Assembly (NCBI GenBank): GCA_000934665.2
Contig: JYFJ02001399.1
Location: 62,001 to 82,630, forward strand
Origin: Catajapyx aquilonaris
Taxonomy: Eukaryota
Length of the DNA stretch: 20,630 nucleotides
Reading direction: 5' to 3'
The notes under the pieces were generated by a model. The model saw only the letters and a program-made list of their open reading frames with translations. It made no database searches and was not told the origin of the DNA. The stretch's first letter is position 1; every line of letters begins with the position of its first letter. Positions 9,910 through 20,182 of this stretch are shown here, piece by piece. A program made the translations under genes and the position numbers.

Positions 9910-9931
9910 CATTATTATTATTATTATTATT
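9608..9931 (+). mobile_element. 5'-truncated tRNA-derived SINE with (TTA)n tail
   Basis: B-box-like GGATCAAATCCC; insect SINE core GGTTTTCTGTGGTTTCCC...AGGCCACAGCCGCTTCCTTCC; (TTA)n 9855-9932; TSD ACCATTT(T/C)TCTCTT at 9594-9607 and 9932-9945 (13/14 identical). Confidence 0.85.
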
Positions 9932-10360
9932 ACCATTTCTCTCTTTTCCTTCAAGGTGATGGTATAAATTTAATGAATGCTCCTCGTACTTCATGCCAAC
10001 TACGTACAGTCATCACTGTTTCACTCTCCCTCCTTCATCTGTAAATTGACGATATTTTCTTTGCAAGAATACATAATTATACTGTGTATGTAGCTGACCT
10101 CTGGATTAGCAGTGCATTCAATAGTTTACTCTGGTACAGCACCTTCATAGTATAGAAACTTCTTACCCCTCCCATCGTCACTTTTTCTTTGCCTACCCTG
10201 CTGTAACAATCCCTGTGTCAAAATGAGGGGCATGTAAACTATCACCTGTTTTACTGCACTAATTGATTTGAATGTTCTACCTCAGTGCCATGTTATGTTT
10301 TTTTGTTGTTTTTTTTAATGAGCCAAGCATGTCTTTATTGCTTGCATGATTCACTTTTAG

Positions 10361-10578
10361 GTGAATTACCTTCACCATCAACTAGTGCCCTTGCCAGCTC
10401 TGAGGTAGCTGGTGGTGGAGGAGTTGGTGGTAATGGAAGCGGTGTATCAGCTGCAGCTGGAACACCTACTTCTGGTGCAGGTGGAGACTCATCCCAACCT
10501 CGTCATCGCCTGCAAAGGCAAAAGGCACAAAGCAGGAAAACATTTCGTTTTAGAAAAAGCAGGAAGGGAAATATTGAG
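10361..10578 (+). CDS. unc80: Coding exon of putative UNC-80: (S)ELPSPSTS...RHRLQRQKAQSRKTFRFRKSRKGNIE
   Basis: CACTTTTAG acceptor, GAG|GTGGGT donor at 10579; lies within ORF 10285-11142; LQRQKAQSRKTFRFRKSR recalled from insect UNC-80 C-terminal region. Confidence 0.72.
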
Positions 10579-10650
10579 GTGGGTAATCTCAAGCTCTGGG
10601 TAAGATTCCAAATACATGAAACTCATGCTCATGAAACTTACAAACTGCAG

Positions 10651-11076
10651 GTCTCACATATTGAGGTTGAACCACAAGAACTTCCCAAAGTATCCAGTGG
10701 TAAGCAAGTATCGATTGAAGAGGAGTCTCTGCAGCAACTTTCAGTGAGTGCCATACCTGAAGTAGAGCTACATCCAGCAGCTGGGAGTGCTCGTCTGCGC
10801 AAGATGTCATCTCGATATCGATGGGCTTCCAAAAAGACAGTGTCAGTTAGCAGCACAGGTGGTGGAGGTGGAGGTGGTACTCGAGATTCAAGTCAAGATG
10901 CAGTTATGGCAGATGATGACAGTATTATGTCTAAGACCTCCAGCACTTCTGGCTATCGAGAGAGCTTTGGTTCAGCTGAGCGCTACAGTTTGCAGATGTT
11001 GGAAAAGCTTGACCGAGGTGACTATTCCGAGAATCAGCACCACAGCCCTCGCTTGCAGGATGCTGCTCTTCGACAG
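10651..11076 (+). CDS. unc80: Coding exon of putative UNC-80: VSHIEVEPQELP...SPRLQDAALRQ
   Basis: CTGCAG acceptor ending at 10650, CAG|GTAAAC donor at 11077 (phase 0), same open frame; may be continuous with the previous exon if 10579-10650 is retained. Confidence 0.72.
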
Positions 11077-11423
11077 GTAAACAAGTTGGTAAAATCCATA
11101 AGGCAATATGATTCAGTATCATCTGGCCAATGTCTATTTTAGCAAGAACTACATTAACAGCTCTGGAAAAAAAATCCTGATTTATTTTGCTCTAGATTTA
11201 ATATGCTCTCTTCTGGAACCCGGAAAATAATTCTGGAAGCTTGGTCATTTGGAGGCATTTTTCTGAGAGAGGGAGGGAGGGAGGAAGAGATCTGGGACCT
11301 GGGAACTTTATTTCCACACATATTTTCCAGCAGAACCTTGACAAAGTGTCATTAAATTTTACCCTCCAATAAATGAGTTATCACAGTCATAATTTCAAGA
11401 ATTATTCAGATTATTATAATATA

Positions 11424-12076
11424 TTAGGGCTAATAAAATGAAACCTGTTCATGGTGTCTGGAGAGGATACTACTGGACGCAGAGACTTGAAACTTCCACC
11501 ACAGCAAGATAGTACCAATATCTTCTAAACTCTTCTTTGACTCTTCTTGCCGAGGGTAAGAGTCTGTGCACGCATTCCAAGAACGCCGCCGCAGCCAATC
11601 CCAAGACACCGTGCGCCATGTCGAGCGAGCCCGAGCGATAGGAGCACATTGGTCTTTAATTTCTGATGATCTTGCAGTACTCCAGGTGCTAATGGACAAT
11701 GTGAAATCTGTACCATAACTAAGGCTGACCATTGCATCGAAGTAAGACAGATTCACCTGCGATCATCCCTTATCAGCTGGTCTTCCTGTGCAATGAGGGC
11801 AGATGTGATTGCTGGCCGAGCCTGGCCTGGTCGGGTAAGGTCAGCCGTAGATTGTCTGCTATCTCGGAATATCCGGCAGCATTCCAAGACAGTTGTCTTT
11901 GCCACACAACTGGCACTGTACAAAGTATTTCTGCGGTTTTATAGCCTTTGGACATCAGAAATTGAAGAACAATGCTCTCATATAGCTCAGGCACGCTGTG
12001 GTAAAAGTTTCAAGTCGCTGCATCCAGCAGTATCCTCTCCAGACGCCACGAACGGGTTTCATGTAATTCACCCTCA
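11424..12076. mobile_element. mariner-derived fold-back element (653 bp) with two 5' ends
   Basis: TA flanks; termini T(T/G)AGGG...; about 80-bp inverted arms (ATGAAACCTGTTCATGGTGTCTGGAGAGGATACT...). Minus strand 11990-11670 encodes a decayed mariner N-terminus (IVLQFLMSKGYKTAEI...CRIFRDSRQSTADLTRPGQ...LIRDDRR...LSYGT). Confidence 0.8.
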
Positions 12077-12122
12077 TACAGTATATCCATGATGATTTTG
12101 CTATTCATCCTTGAGGCACATA

Positions 12123-12380
12123 TCGTCGGCCGGCGATCAAAACCTCGTAACTCCATTTTGCGCGAAAATGGACTTACGTACCTTGTAAGTCCCTTTGCAC
12201 AACTTTGCAACGGTGTACATGAATTCAACATCATCCTCATGAAAGGTAAGGTTTACGTTATGCTATACTGTAGGAATAATTGTCAGCATGAACAGAAAAC
12301 ATGATTTTACAAAATGTTTTTTGTCCCTCCTGTAAAATTTGGTCTTGAGGCGTTACGAGGTTTTGATCGCCGGCCGACGA
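12123..12380. mobile_element. MITE (258 bp) with perfect 29-bp TIR; TSD is TA or ATAT (Tc1/mariner- or Sola-like)
   Basis: TCGTCGGCCGGCGATCAAAACCTCGTAAC and GTTACGAGGTTTTGATCGCCGGCCGACGA are exact reverse complements; ATAT spans both junctions. Confidence 0.85.
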
Positions 12381-12634
12381 TATTTAGAAACACTTCACCA
12401 TAGTTCTTGTTATTATAATGCTACTAGTCCACCTATTTTCTGAAAAATGGGACTAGTCCATAATAATGTATTACTTTAGCTCCAGATATTGGGCTTTTGT
12501 GTATTTAGCCTAATTGATGCTGCCTTTGTGTTTGAAGTTCTTGCCACTCCAGCCAGATGTCGAGCCCTGAAGAAGGGCGCAATTACATAGGGTGGAATTT
12601 TCATCCCACTGCTAGTTACTGCTAACTTAGCAGT

Positions 12635-12637
<3 letters not shown>

Positions 12638-12687
<50 letters not shown>
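12638..12687. repeat. (AG)n microsatellite, about 25 units
   Basis: Directly visible. Confidence 0.97.
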
Positions 12688-12689
<2 letters not shown>

Positions 12690-12920
12690 TGTATTGCTAT
12701 CCTTGTGAGGAATTTTGTCATTACGAGGTAGTTTTCCTGCACCTCATAGTGAACACACACCTCACAAGGATAGGGAAAAATCGAAAATATACCTCATAAA
12801 GACAGAAAAAATATATTTCACCAAAATTTCGTGTGTTTCCTTGTAGGTTAGGTTAGGTTAGTTTTAAATTTTAAATTTTGGAAAAACCTCACAAGGATAG
12901 GAATGCGCGCCTGTGTGTGT
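12688..12920. mobile_element. Nested MITE bounded by (TG)n, probably EnSpm/CACTA-type
   Basis: TIR ATTGCTATCCTTGTGAGG / CCTCACAAGGATAGGAAT, internal repeats of the CCTCACAAGGATAG motif, TAGGTTAGGTTAGGTTAG tract, TG runs on both sides. Class from recall of (CA)n-associated EnSpm MITEs. Confidence 0.6.
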
Positions 12921-13126
12921 TGGCAATGGAACTGCTAAGTTAGCAGTAACTAGCAGTGGGACGAAAATTCCACCCATTGTCCTTTGCTAAATGAAAGGCC
13001 CCTTGCAGAGACAATGGTTTTTTGTTTTTTTTTCACTCCTGAAAACTACTCGTACCTGGCTTTGACATGTGATTTTCATTTTGTGTCATCTTAATTCCAA
13101 GCAAATGCACTGAACTTTTTACCCAG

Positions 13127-13444
13127 GCCAGTTGTTCTCATGAGACCCGCGGGAGTGGCAGCAGTAGCAGCAGTACAGGTGCAGGGAGCAGCAGTAACAA
13201 CAATCACAACAATGGAGGTGCAAGAGTCAATGGTTCACCACATCATCGGCCATGGGACCTTCCAGACCCTGTCGCTGTTGAGGAAAAAAAAGGTTGCCCT
13301 CCCACTTCCAAATCAGAGGAGACCCTCATGCCTGAGGTTAGTTCTCCCGAATCTGTCAGTCTAGCTGAGGACACTGCTCTTCAAAGGACAGACAGTTCTA
13401 GACAATCTCTTCTCATGGTTTTCGATGAAGATACTCTTATTTAA
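13127..13444 (+). CDS. unc80: Terminal coding exon of putative UNC-80 (105 aa + stop): ASCSHETRG...SSRQSLLMVFDEDTLI*
   Basis: TTTTTACCCAG acceptor, phase 0 matches donor 11077, 318-nt open frame to TAA 13442-13444. This frame is missed by the ORF track. SLLMVF..DEDTLI recalled as an insect UNC-80 C-terminus. Confidence 0.75.
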   Translation, partial: ASCSHETRGSGSSSSSTGAGSSSNNNHNNGGARVNGSPHHRPWDLPDPVAVEEKKGCPPTSKSEETLMPEVSSPESVSLAEDTALQRTDSSRQSLLMVFDEDTLI

Positions 13445-13520
13445 ATTTTTGTCACCCTCAAAATAATGCTATTTTCCACATTGCTCCACAGTGAAAAGTT
13501 GTTTATCTCTTATTATAAAG

Positions 13521-13819
13521 CAGAGTTTGTTGATTTTGGGATATGTATGTCACGCCTATTTAACCCACTTCCCAAGTTCCGAGAACGCCCAAACTGGCCA
13601 CATACACATATTATGCCCATCATAAAGTAAGGTGCAGAACAATTATTATTCATTCAGCTACTCTACAATAGATTAAAATGCTTTTCATTTCACTGATTAC
13701 CTGTGTTTTTATGTTGGGGGATCAAAATGCGCATATCTGTGGTGGGGGGGGGGGGGGGTCGCGAATTTCGAGAGGCGATTTTTTGGGGGGTAACCAACGA
13801 GAAAGATTGAGAAGCACTG
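13521..13819. mobile_element. Old hAT-type MITE
   Basis: Right end AAAGATTGAGAAGCACTG, degenerate left end CAGAGTTTGTTGATTTT; flanks TTATAAAG / GTGTAAAG (6/8, central TA). Confidence 0.5.
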
Positions 13820-13956
13820 GTGTAAAGGCAGAAGTCAATATCGCCAGGAAGGGAGATCCCACAATGCCAGAAAATGTGGTACAGAGAGAAAAGAATCACA
13901 ACATGACGAAAGGCCTAACAGATGATGGTGGGCTTAATAATGTGACAATGAAATAA

Positions 13957-15006
13957 CACTATGCAACAAAATTTGACTTTTTTTTGTCCATGGAAATTCA
14001 TCGTCATATTCGTGTTAGGTCACAAGTAACTCATAATGGGCATTCATTTTGTCTTTGATTTGTTTTTGACCTCAGGGCAGTCAAAAAACCAAAGTCCTCA
14101 AATATAGCAGTTTTTTCCCAATCAAGTGTGCCTAAATGTTGATAGACCATCTCGGATCTTTCTGAAAATAATCACAGCTGTACGCACCTATGCTGTAACA
14201 CTGCATATCAAGCTTCAGCCAAATTGGGAAATACCGTGGGGAGGGGGAAAAAATCGCGAAATTAGGATAATGGGGCCTTCTTTGGATAGTTTTTTGCGGG
14301 GTTATTGGAAGTGGTCAAAGCCCAATCAACATACACATCAAATGAAAGAGAAACACACTCAGAAAAACATGTGTGGCATTCAGCGGTGGCATTCCATTGG
14401 TCCGACCCCAACAATTAGTGATGTATTTGCGTAAGAGCAGCCATATTTGGTGACAGGAGTTGTGACCCATACAGCATTCAATATATTGAGTTTCAATCCT
14501 GGGTCATGCATGGCTCGCGAGAAAATAATATATATGTTTGCCGAATAACCATTAATTTTAGTGGAGCCAAATTCTTGGACATGTGACCGTTGGAATACCA
14601 CACATTTTTCTAAGTGCATTTTCCAGAGAGAAAAAAATTCATAGATGCATCCTACTCACGTTCCACTAACCAAAAAAAAAATCATCCAAAAAAGGCCCCA
14701 TTTCCAAAATTTCGCGATTTTTTCCTTCCTCACAGTATTTCGCAATTTGGCTGAAACTTTATATGCAATGTTATGGTGAATGTGTGTACAGCTGTGATTT
14801 GTTTCAAAAAAATCCAAGATGGTTTAGAAACATTTAGTCCCACTTGATTGGGAAAAACTGCTATATTTGAGGATTTTGGTTTTTTGACAGCCCCGAGGTC
14901 AAAAACCAAATCGAATCAAAATGAATGGTCATTATGAGTTACGAGTGACCTAAGGAACATGGAAATAGCAATAAATTTCCATGGACAAATATCGTGTTGC
15001 ATAGTG
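13957..15006. mobile_element. 1050-bp fold-back MITE, Chapaev3/CACTA (CMC)-like
   Basis: TAA|CACTATGCAAC ... GTTGCATAGTG|TAA (3-bp TSD); inverted arms of roughly 440 bp, e.g. CCTCAAATATAGCAGTTTTT/AAAAACTGCTATATTTGAGG. Confidence 0.85.
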
Positions 15007-15536
15007 TAATCGGCAAGAGGGTTATGAAAGTGGTTGACAAGAGAACGAAATTGAAACATATTTAGGCACAACATTGCACTGTGGGATAACTTCTTTTGAA
15101 TATGTCATCTGGAATATCGCTGAAAAAATCAATCCTGATTATATTGGCGTAACTTAATATCATGCCCTCAAGTAACGAAACTGTAAATAGAATCATTATC
15201 AAACTACATCATGTCACTGAAACAGAGGCAGTTTATTTGTCAGTGGAAATGGTGCAGTAAGTGAGACAATTAGGTAAATATTAATGAGTGCTGCAATTCT
15301 CTGAACCCATCAGGTATACATGCATGGAAAGACATGCATCAGAGTTAGGCGCAGATTTCCTGCTTCGGAATTGTTGTATGTTGGTCTTTGTTGTGTCATG
15401 CTGTGGTCTGCAGTTTAACACGTACAGTACACTGCTGCACACGTGATAACTACGAATCATGTTTGCCCTCTGTACTCGGAAATTATTACCGCTACTTTTT
15501 GATCACATTACAAAAATGGACACAATACTCCATTAA

Positions 15537-16417
15537 CCCTGTAGTGGGCATTGTTGCCTGAGGGCAACAATTAATTTGAGCAGGCGCCATAAGCTTCAAC
15601 ATTGGTCCTGGAAATCACAGTGTGGCTTGATATCACAGTTAGTTTGTTAGCTTCCGCTAGTTGACATGCAATGTCAACAATGATACGATCGGGATACAGT
15701 ATGAAGCGGAGAGAAGCCAAGGTCGTTGAAAATGGCGCGAAATTTGAATTTGCTAAAGCAGCAATTGTTTCTGGAGCTGATTAGATATAGGTGCAGATAT
15801 TAAATATCCAATTGCATGTGTAACACTGCAAGAGTAGCTTTCTCGTCGCCATTTGAGGCCATTCTAATTTTGCCAGCACAATTTCATCACAATTTTTTGG
15901 CGGCGCAGGCACAATATTGCTTGAGGTTTGAGTCCTAAGTCATTGTACTATTTTTATTCAAAAACGGAAACATGTACAGATATGACCATTACCACGTTTT
16001 AAAGGCCCGGCGATTACAATTTGGACTGGAATATAGATGGCCCCGAGATCTCAAGGGGAGCCGGTAAACGAAAGGGGATCGTGACCCCCCACCCCGAGCT
16101 GCATGAGACGGTGGAAGGGTGGGGGTTAGGATCGCCTTTAGTTTTCTGGTCCCCTTTGCGATATGGATGCCATCTATTTATCAGATGAAATTGTAATCAC
16201 CGGACCTTCAAAACTTAGCAAAGGTCATCTCTGTATGTGTTACCATTTTTGAATAAAAAAATACTCGCCATGACTTTTGACTCACCCGGTGTAACTTCAA
16301 AGTCATTGGGTCAGAGATGACCAAAACATAATAAAAACCATCCTTACGTCGCATATGATGAGAAAAAGGCGTTAGAATTTTTTTCTTCCCACAATCCTAA
16401 ATGTGTGCAGTACAGGG
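15537..16417. mobile_element. piggyBac-type non-autonomous element (881 bp including nested insert)
   Basis: TTAA|CCCTGTAGTG ... CAGTACAGGG|TTAA; subterminal palindromes TTGTTGCCTGAGGGCAACAA and GGTCAGAGATGACC. Confidence 0.75.
15922..16289. mobile_element. Nested degenerate Tc1/mariner-type fold-back MITE
   Basis: Arms TGAGTC...TTTTTATTCAAAAACGG...ATGACC...GATTACAATTT and AAATTGTAATC...GGTCAT...TTTTTGAATAAAAA...GACTTTTGACTCACCCGG; left end eroded. Confidence 0.65.
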
Positions 16418-16593
16418 TTAATAACCTCAAGAACTTTGATTTAATACATTACATAACTTCATACTGGCACTGCACACCCTTATTCGGGCCACACCAGGTC
16501 TTGCTCCTATGACACGTTCGAAGCCATCACTCCCATGAGTACAGAGCATTTACAGTCCCTCTGACTTAGCTCACTATACAGTATATGCAGGTT

Positions 16594-16833
16594 TTACTAA
16601 CTTTCATTTTTCAATCCCTGTGCGAAGAACGGGTCCCCTGGCACACTGATGGTTTACGCAAGGAATAGAAAATAGGACGTATCTCTCATCTTTGGATTCA
16701 AGGGGGGAGGATTCAGGGAAAAGTGCACTTTCTGAGTCTAAATGACTAAAACTTAGGATTTTTCCGGTCTGCGGCAATTCTGGCTCACTTCACCCTGGAA
16801 ATAGGCCGTGCGAAGAACGGGCTCTGCTGCTAG
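16594..16833 (+). mobile_element. Short non-autonomous Helitron
   Basis: 3' hairpin CCGTGCGAAGAACGG about 10 nt before terminal CTAG|T (16830-16834); a second copy of the motif near 16617-16633; 5' end uncertain. Confidence 0.65.
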
Positions 16834-18959
16834 TCATTACATAAATGTGCAATTTGTGCACAATATTTTAAAGTATGTTGAATGTGCTGCTGATTAAATG
16901 CACTATGTGGAGTCTATTTTGATGCCAATTAAAGTATGACAGGTAGGACCGAATTGTTGGCAGCATGAATTATGTGATGGTTGCATTCTTACATTATAAA
17001 AATACCATAACTTATGTGAAAGAAAGAAAAATTTTATTTTCTAAACCACTTTTCACTTTAGCATCAAGAGTCTTTTGGGATGATTTTGTTAATGCAAAAT
17101 GAAAAGGGTAAAAGAAAAGTCACAAAGTACACCTGGTCACATGTTTGGGTTATTCAGTGAAACATTTTCAACAAACTTTAACATGTAAGTTCTTGAAAAA
17201 TATAAACCAACAATAATTTCATTTCCTCTCACATTACCGTTTTGTGACACTCATTTTAAACTGATTATAATTTGTAGCTCCCCTTTCCAATTATGTAATT
17301 TTGTGAAGGCCACAGTCAAAGAACTGATGAGAAAGATGATGAAAGGTAACTACTGACTCTAGTATGGAAGCAGTTTACAAGGAGTACTTAGCAAGTTGGA
17401 AATGACAAACTCGAATATAATTAACATTGTAGGTGAATTGAGCACCCAGAAATCGCTTGCTTAATTAATAAGCACTCTCTATGACATTTATGTGAAATTG
17501 AGTTACGAATTTAAAATGTTCAAATCTGGCCTACGAAGGACTCTACATTTTCTCATCATGTGAATTAAAATTTTAGGGTGAGGGCAATGGTATGATTTAT
17601 TATTTGTAGCAAGTACAGGGCTGCCAAGTGTATTTAGAACCAACTGACAACTGTGAGATAATTCAATGCCTTCTTGTAAATGACCTTATGGGAAGTCTCT
17701 TGGACTGCGCCTTATGAATATTGCAGCAGCACTGTCTTGACAGAATGTAACGCACTGCTGATCTTTGGCGAACACACAAAAGCTACACTGATTAAATGAC
17801 ATGAAATCCGTCACTATTGTATCTGCATGCCTATGAGGAAGAGAAATATTGGCCCAAATCTTGGGTAACTTGTCAACATACATTAATTTCACAAGCTACA
17901 CATGCTGCTAATAGCAATGGTTTATCTTGAGGAGTATTATCGTGCTCTCAAGTTTTGTTGAAATTGTTATACAACAATACATGAGTTTTCCTGATTACTG
18001 TATGATATTGGTGCAACCATGCATCATTCTGAATTTTGTGGAAGAGGAAAATCATATTGCAGGATGATGCTGAAAATTAATTGGAAGGTATTAACTGCAA
18101 ATAATGGAAATAGAGATGGAACCTAAACATTCACATCCATTATTTTCTTTGAACTGAAAGCAATTACTCACATCTGGATAATGGGAGGTGTAGTAATCTA
18201 GTACTGTATACTAGTAACTGTTGGAACTATCAAAATTGTGCAGAGAAGCCCAGGCAATGACACATGAAAGTTCCTTCATTTTCAGACTATTGCTGTTGTT
18301 GACATGTTATAAGCTGCTGTATTGTCATGTTCTTGAATTGTACACAAAATAAAAATCTGGCAGTGTAGCACTGCCATTTTTTTCTTGGGACAGAAGAGCG
18401 GGGCTGATGGGAAAGGGAAAAAAGAAAAGAATCAAGGTTGCATTAGGAACACTCACAAGCAAATGAAAAATTTCAAGTGAACTCTGTAAATGTACTGTAA
18501 TCCATTTATAAAATCTATGAAGTCTTAGTGGTACTGAAGCTAGGATATTAAGAATGTTCCTAGAAGAGCCATGTTGTCTGCATAGTGATATATTCCTCTG
18601 CTTCAGTTAAACTTGCAGGCTAATGACATTGGTTATTGTTGGTTAAGTACCAATTGTAGGTGCTATTTTATTGCAAGGAAATCAAGAGCTTTTAGAATGT
18701 GTTACATATATATATATTGTTGTGTTGTTGACAAGTTGTAAATCATTAGTCTACAAGCAAATGTTACTTTTTACTGTTTCAGAATGAAACATGTGAAACT
18801 GAATGTCTGAATATATGGAATGCGATGTATTGTATATCTTTTTTATTACCCTGAAACATTTAAAAATTGTCCACCCTTATTTTATAATTATGAGCTAAAT
18901 CATTCACTTGTTGGCGCCAAAAAAACTTTTCCAGATGTCCAGTATACTGGACGCCGGGT

Positions 18960-19050
18960 CTCAAGAAAATTGATGGTGGTGTACCACCCCCCCCCCCCCC
19001 CCAACAGGGNGGGCCTATGTAGGCCTATCATGGGGTAAAACAAAAAAAAA
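18960..19050 (+). mobile_element. Retroposon 3' tail (5'-truncated SINE/LINE) with A-rich end
   Basis: C-run, GGGCCTATGTAGGCCT stem-loop, ATCATGGGGTAAAAC and poly(A), matching the tails of the SINEs at 3353-3693 and 9608-9931; N at 19010; 5' boundary unknown. Confidence 0.6.
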
Positions 19051-19098
19051 TTACACATATTTTTAAAAAAAATCGAGGTCGGAAAACGGAGTTCTGCT

Positions 19099-19099
<1 letters not shown>

Positions 19100-19160
<61 letters not shown>
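19100..19160. repeat. (TAT)n microsatellite
   Basis: Directly visible. Confidence 0.97.
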
Positions 19161-20182
19161 TCTCGCTGTACTATATCGGGCTGGCGGGGAGTAATCGTTT
19201 GTGACAGAGACACTCGTTCTAGCTGTACCGGTATTGATCCAGACTTTTTCTTTCAGTCCACTGATTTCTGTTTATAGAATTTATGGCCCGTGACGATGTG
19301 AGCATCGTGTTTCCTATAACTTTCTGCAGGAAAGTTCTCCCGAAGAGGAGTAATGTATGCAATTATTACGAGTTCCTTGTTTCTTCCACAGTGTATCTGT
19401 TAATTTTCATACAGGCCATGAATTGAGAGTGACTTGGCCTGAGATCAATAGTTGAATCCCTTTGACCGGCTTTCATAAAGGATGTACCCATTCGACCTTT
19501 ATTTATTCATATTTTTGATGATTAGTCACTAACAATATTCGTTCTGAAGTAACTGCTTAAAAATAAGCATATTAGTGCTGATCTTATGCAGATATAGAAC
19601 TACTCTATATCAGCACTTGGACAATTTGTTGTTGTTATGTAAAATTTCACCAGAGATGACGTCTTCCATGATCCCGTCGTCGGTGATGATGTCCTCCGGC
19701 TTCATGTCGTCGGTGTCCCAGGATGATTACGAGGAAGTTGTTTTTACTGATGCAATAAGATAAGAATGTGTCTGCACTTTTGATTCCAGCCCATGTGGGA
19801 GCAGCCTTAGAAATGGTTCAAACTGACTTGAACCACTGTTCGAGAAATCGGCCCTAAGGGAAGCTACAATCCCCTTTATTTGAATATTTGAATTTGCATT
19901 TTTAAAACATTGCTAATTAATAATTATTTTGATTAGTCACATGGCTCGATCCATTTGCCAAAAATTAACCAACTGCAGCTTCTCAGTTTATGTAATTGAA
20001 TTAGAATTATTTATTTACTATTTATTTATTTATTTATTATGATCTCATTTTAGTCAGACATCATCATCAAAAACTGTGTTGCTTAAGGTGATTTGGTCGT
20101 TATCGAGGTGCAAATAAATTCCGTCTTATGAATTCAGTCATTTTTGTGCCTCTATGCCGAGCCCAAATATTTCTGCTACATA

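Larger units (their letters stand above)
12590..12975. mobile_element. Short Harbinger-like MITE (about 45-bp TIRs) hosting a microsatellite and a nested element
   Basis: GGGTGGAATTTTCATCCCACTGCTAGTTACTGCTAACTTAGCAGT matches the reverse complement ending at 12975 with one mismatch; flanks ATA/ATT. Confidence 0.75.

Noticed and set aside
9608..9994. Poly-Asn and poly-Ile ORFs (also 19028-19213)
   Set aside because: Translations of (TTA)n microsatellites.
10285..11142. Stand-alone 285-aa gene
   Set aside because: Its N- and C-terminal parts lie outside clear splice sites (10361 acceptor, 11077 donor); it is internal exon sequence of a larger gene.
12844..12861. Telomere or interstitial telomeric array (TTAGG)
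   Set aside because: Only about three units and internal to a MITE.
13140..13364. 74-aa ORF MRPAGVAAV...
   Set aside because: Alternative frame of the terminal exon; splice phase supports the frame ending DEDTLI.
19010..19010. Single N base
   Set aside because: Assembly ambiguity next to a C homopolymer; only adds uncertainty to the local tail sequence.
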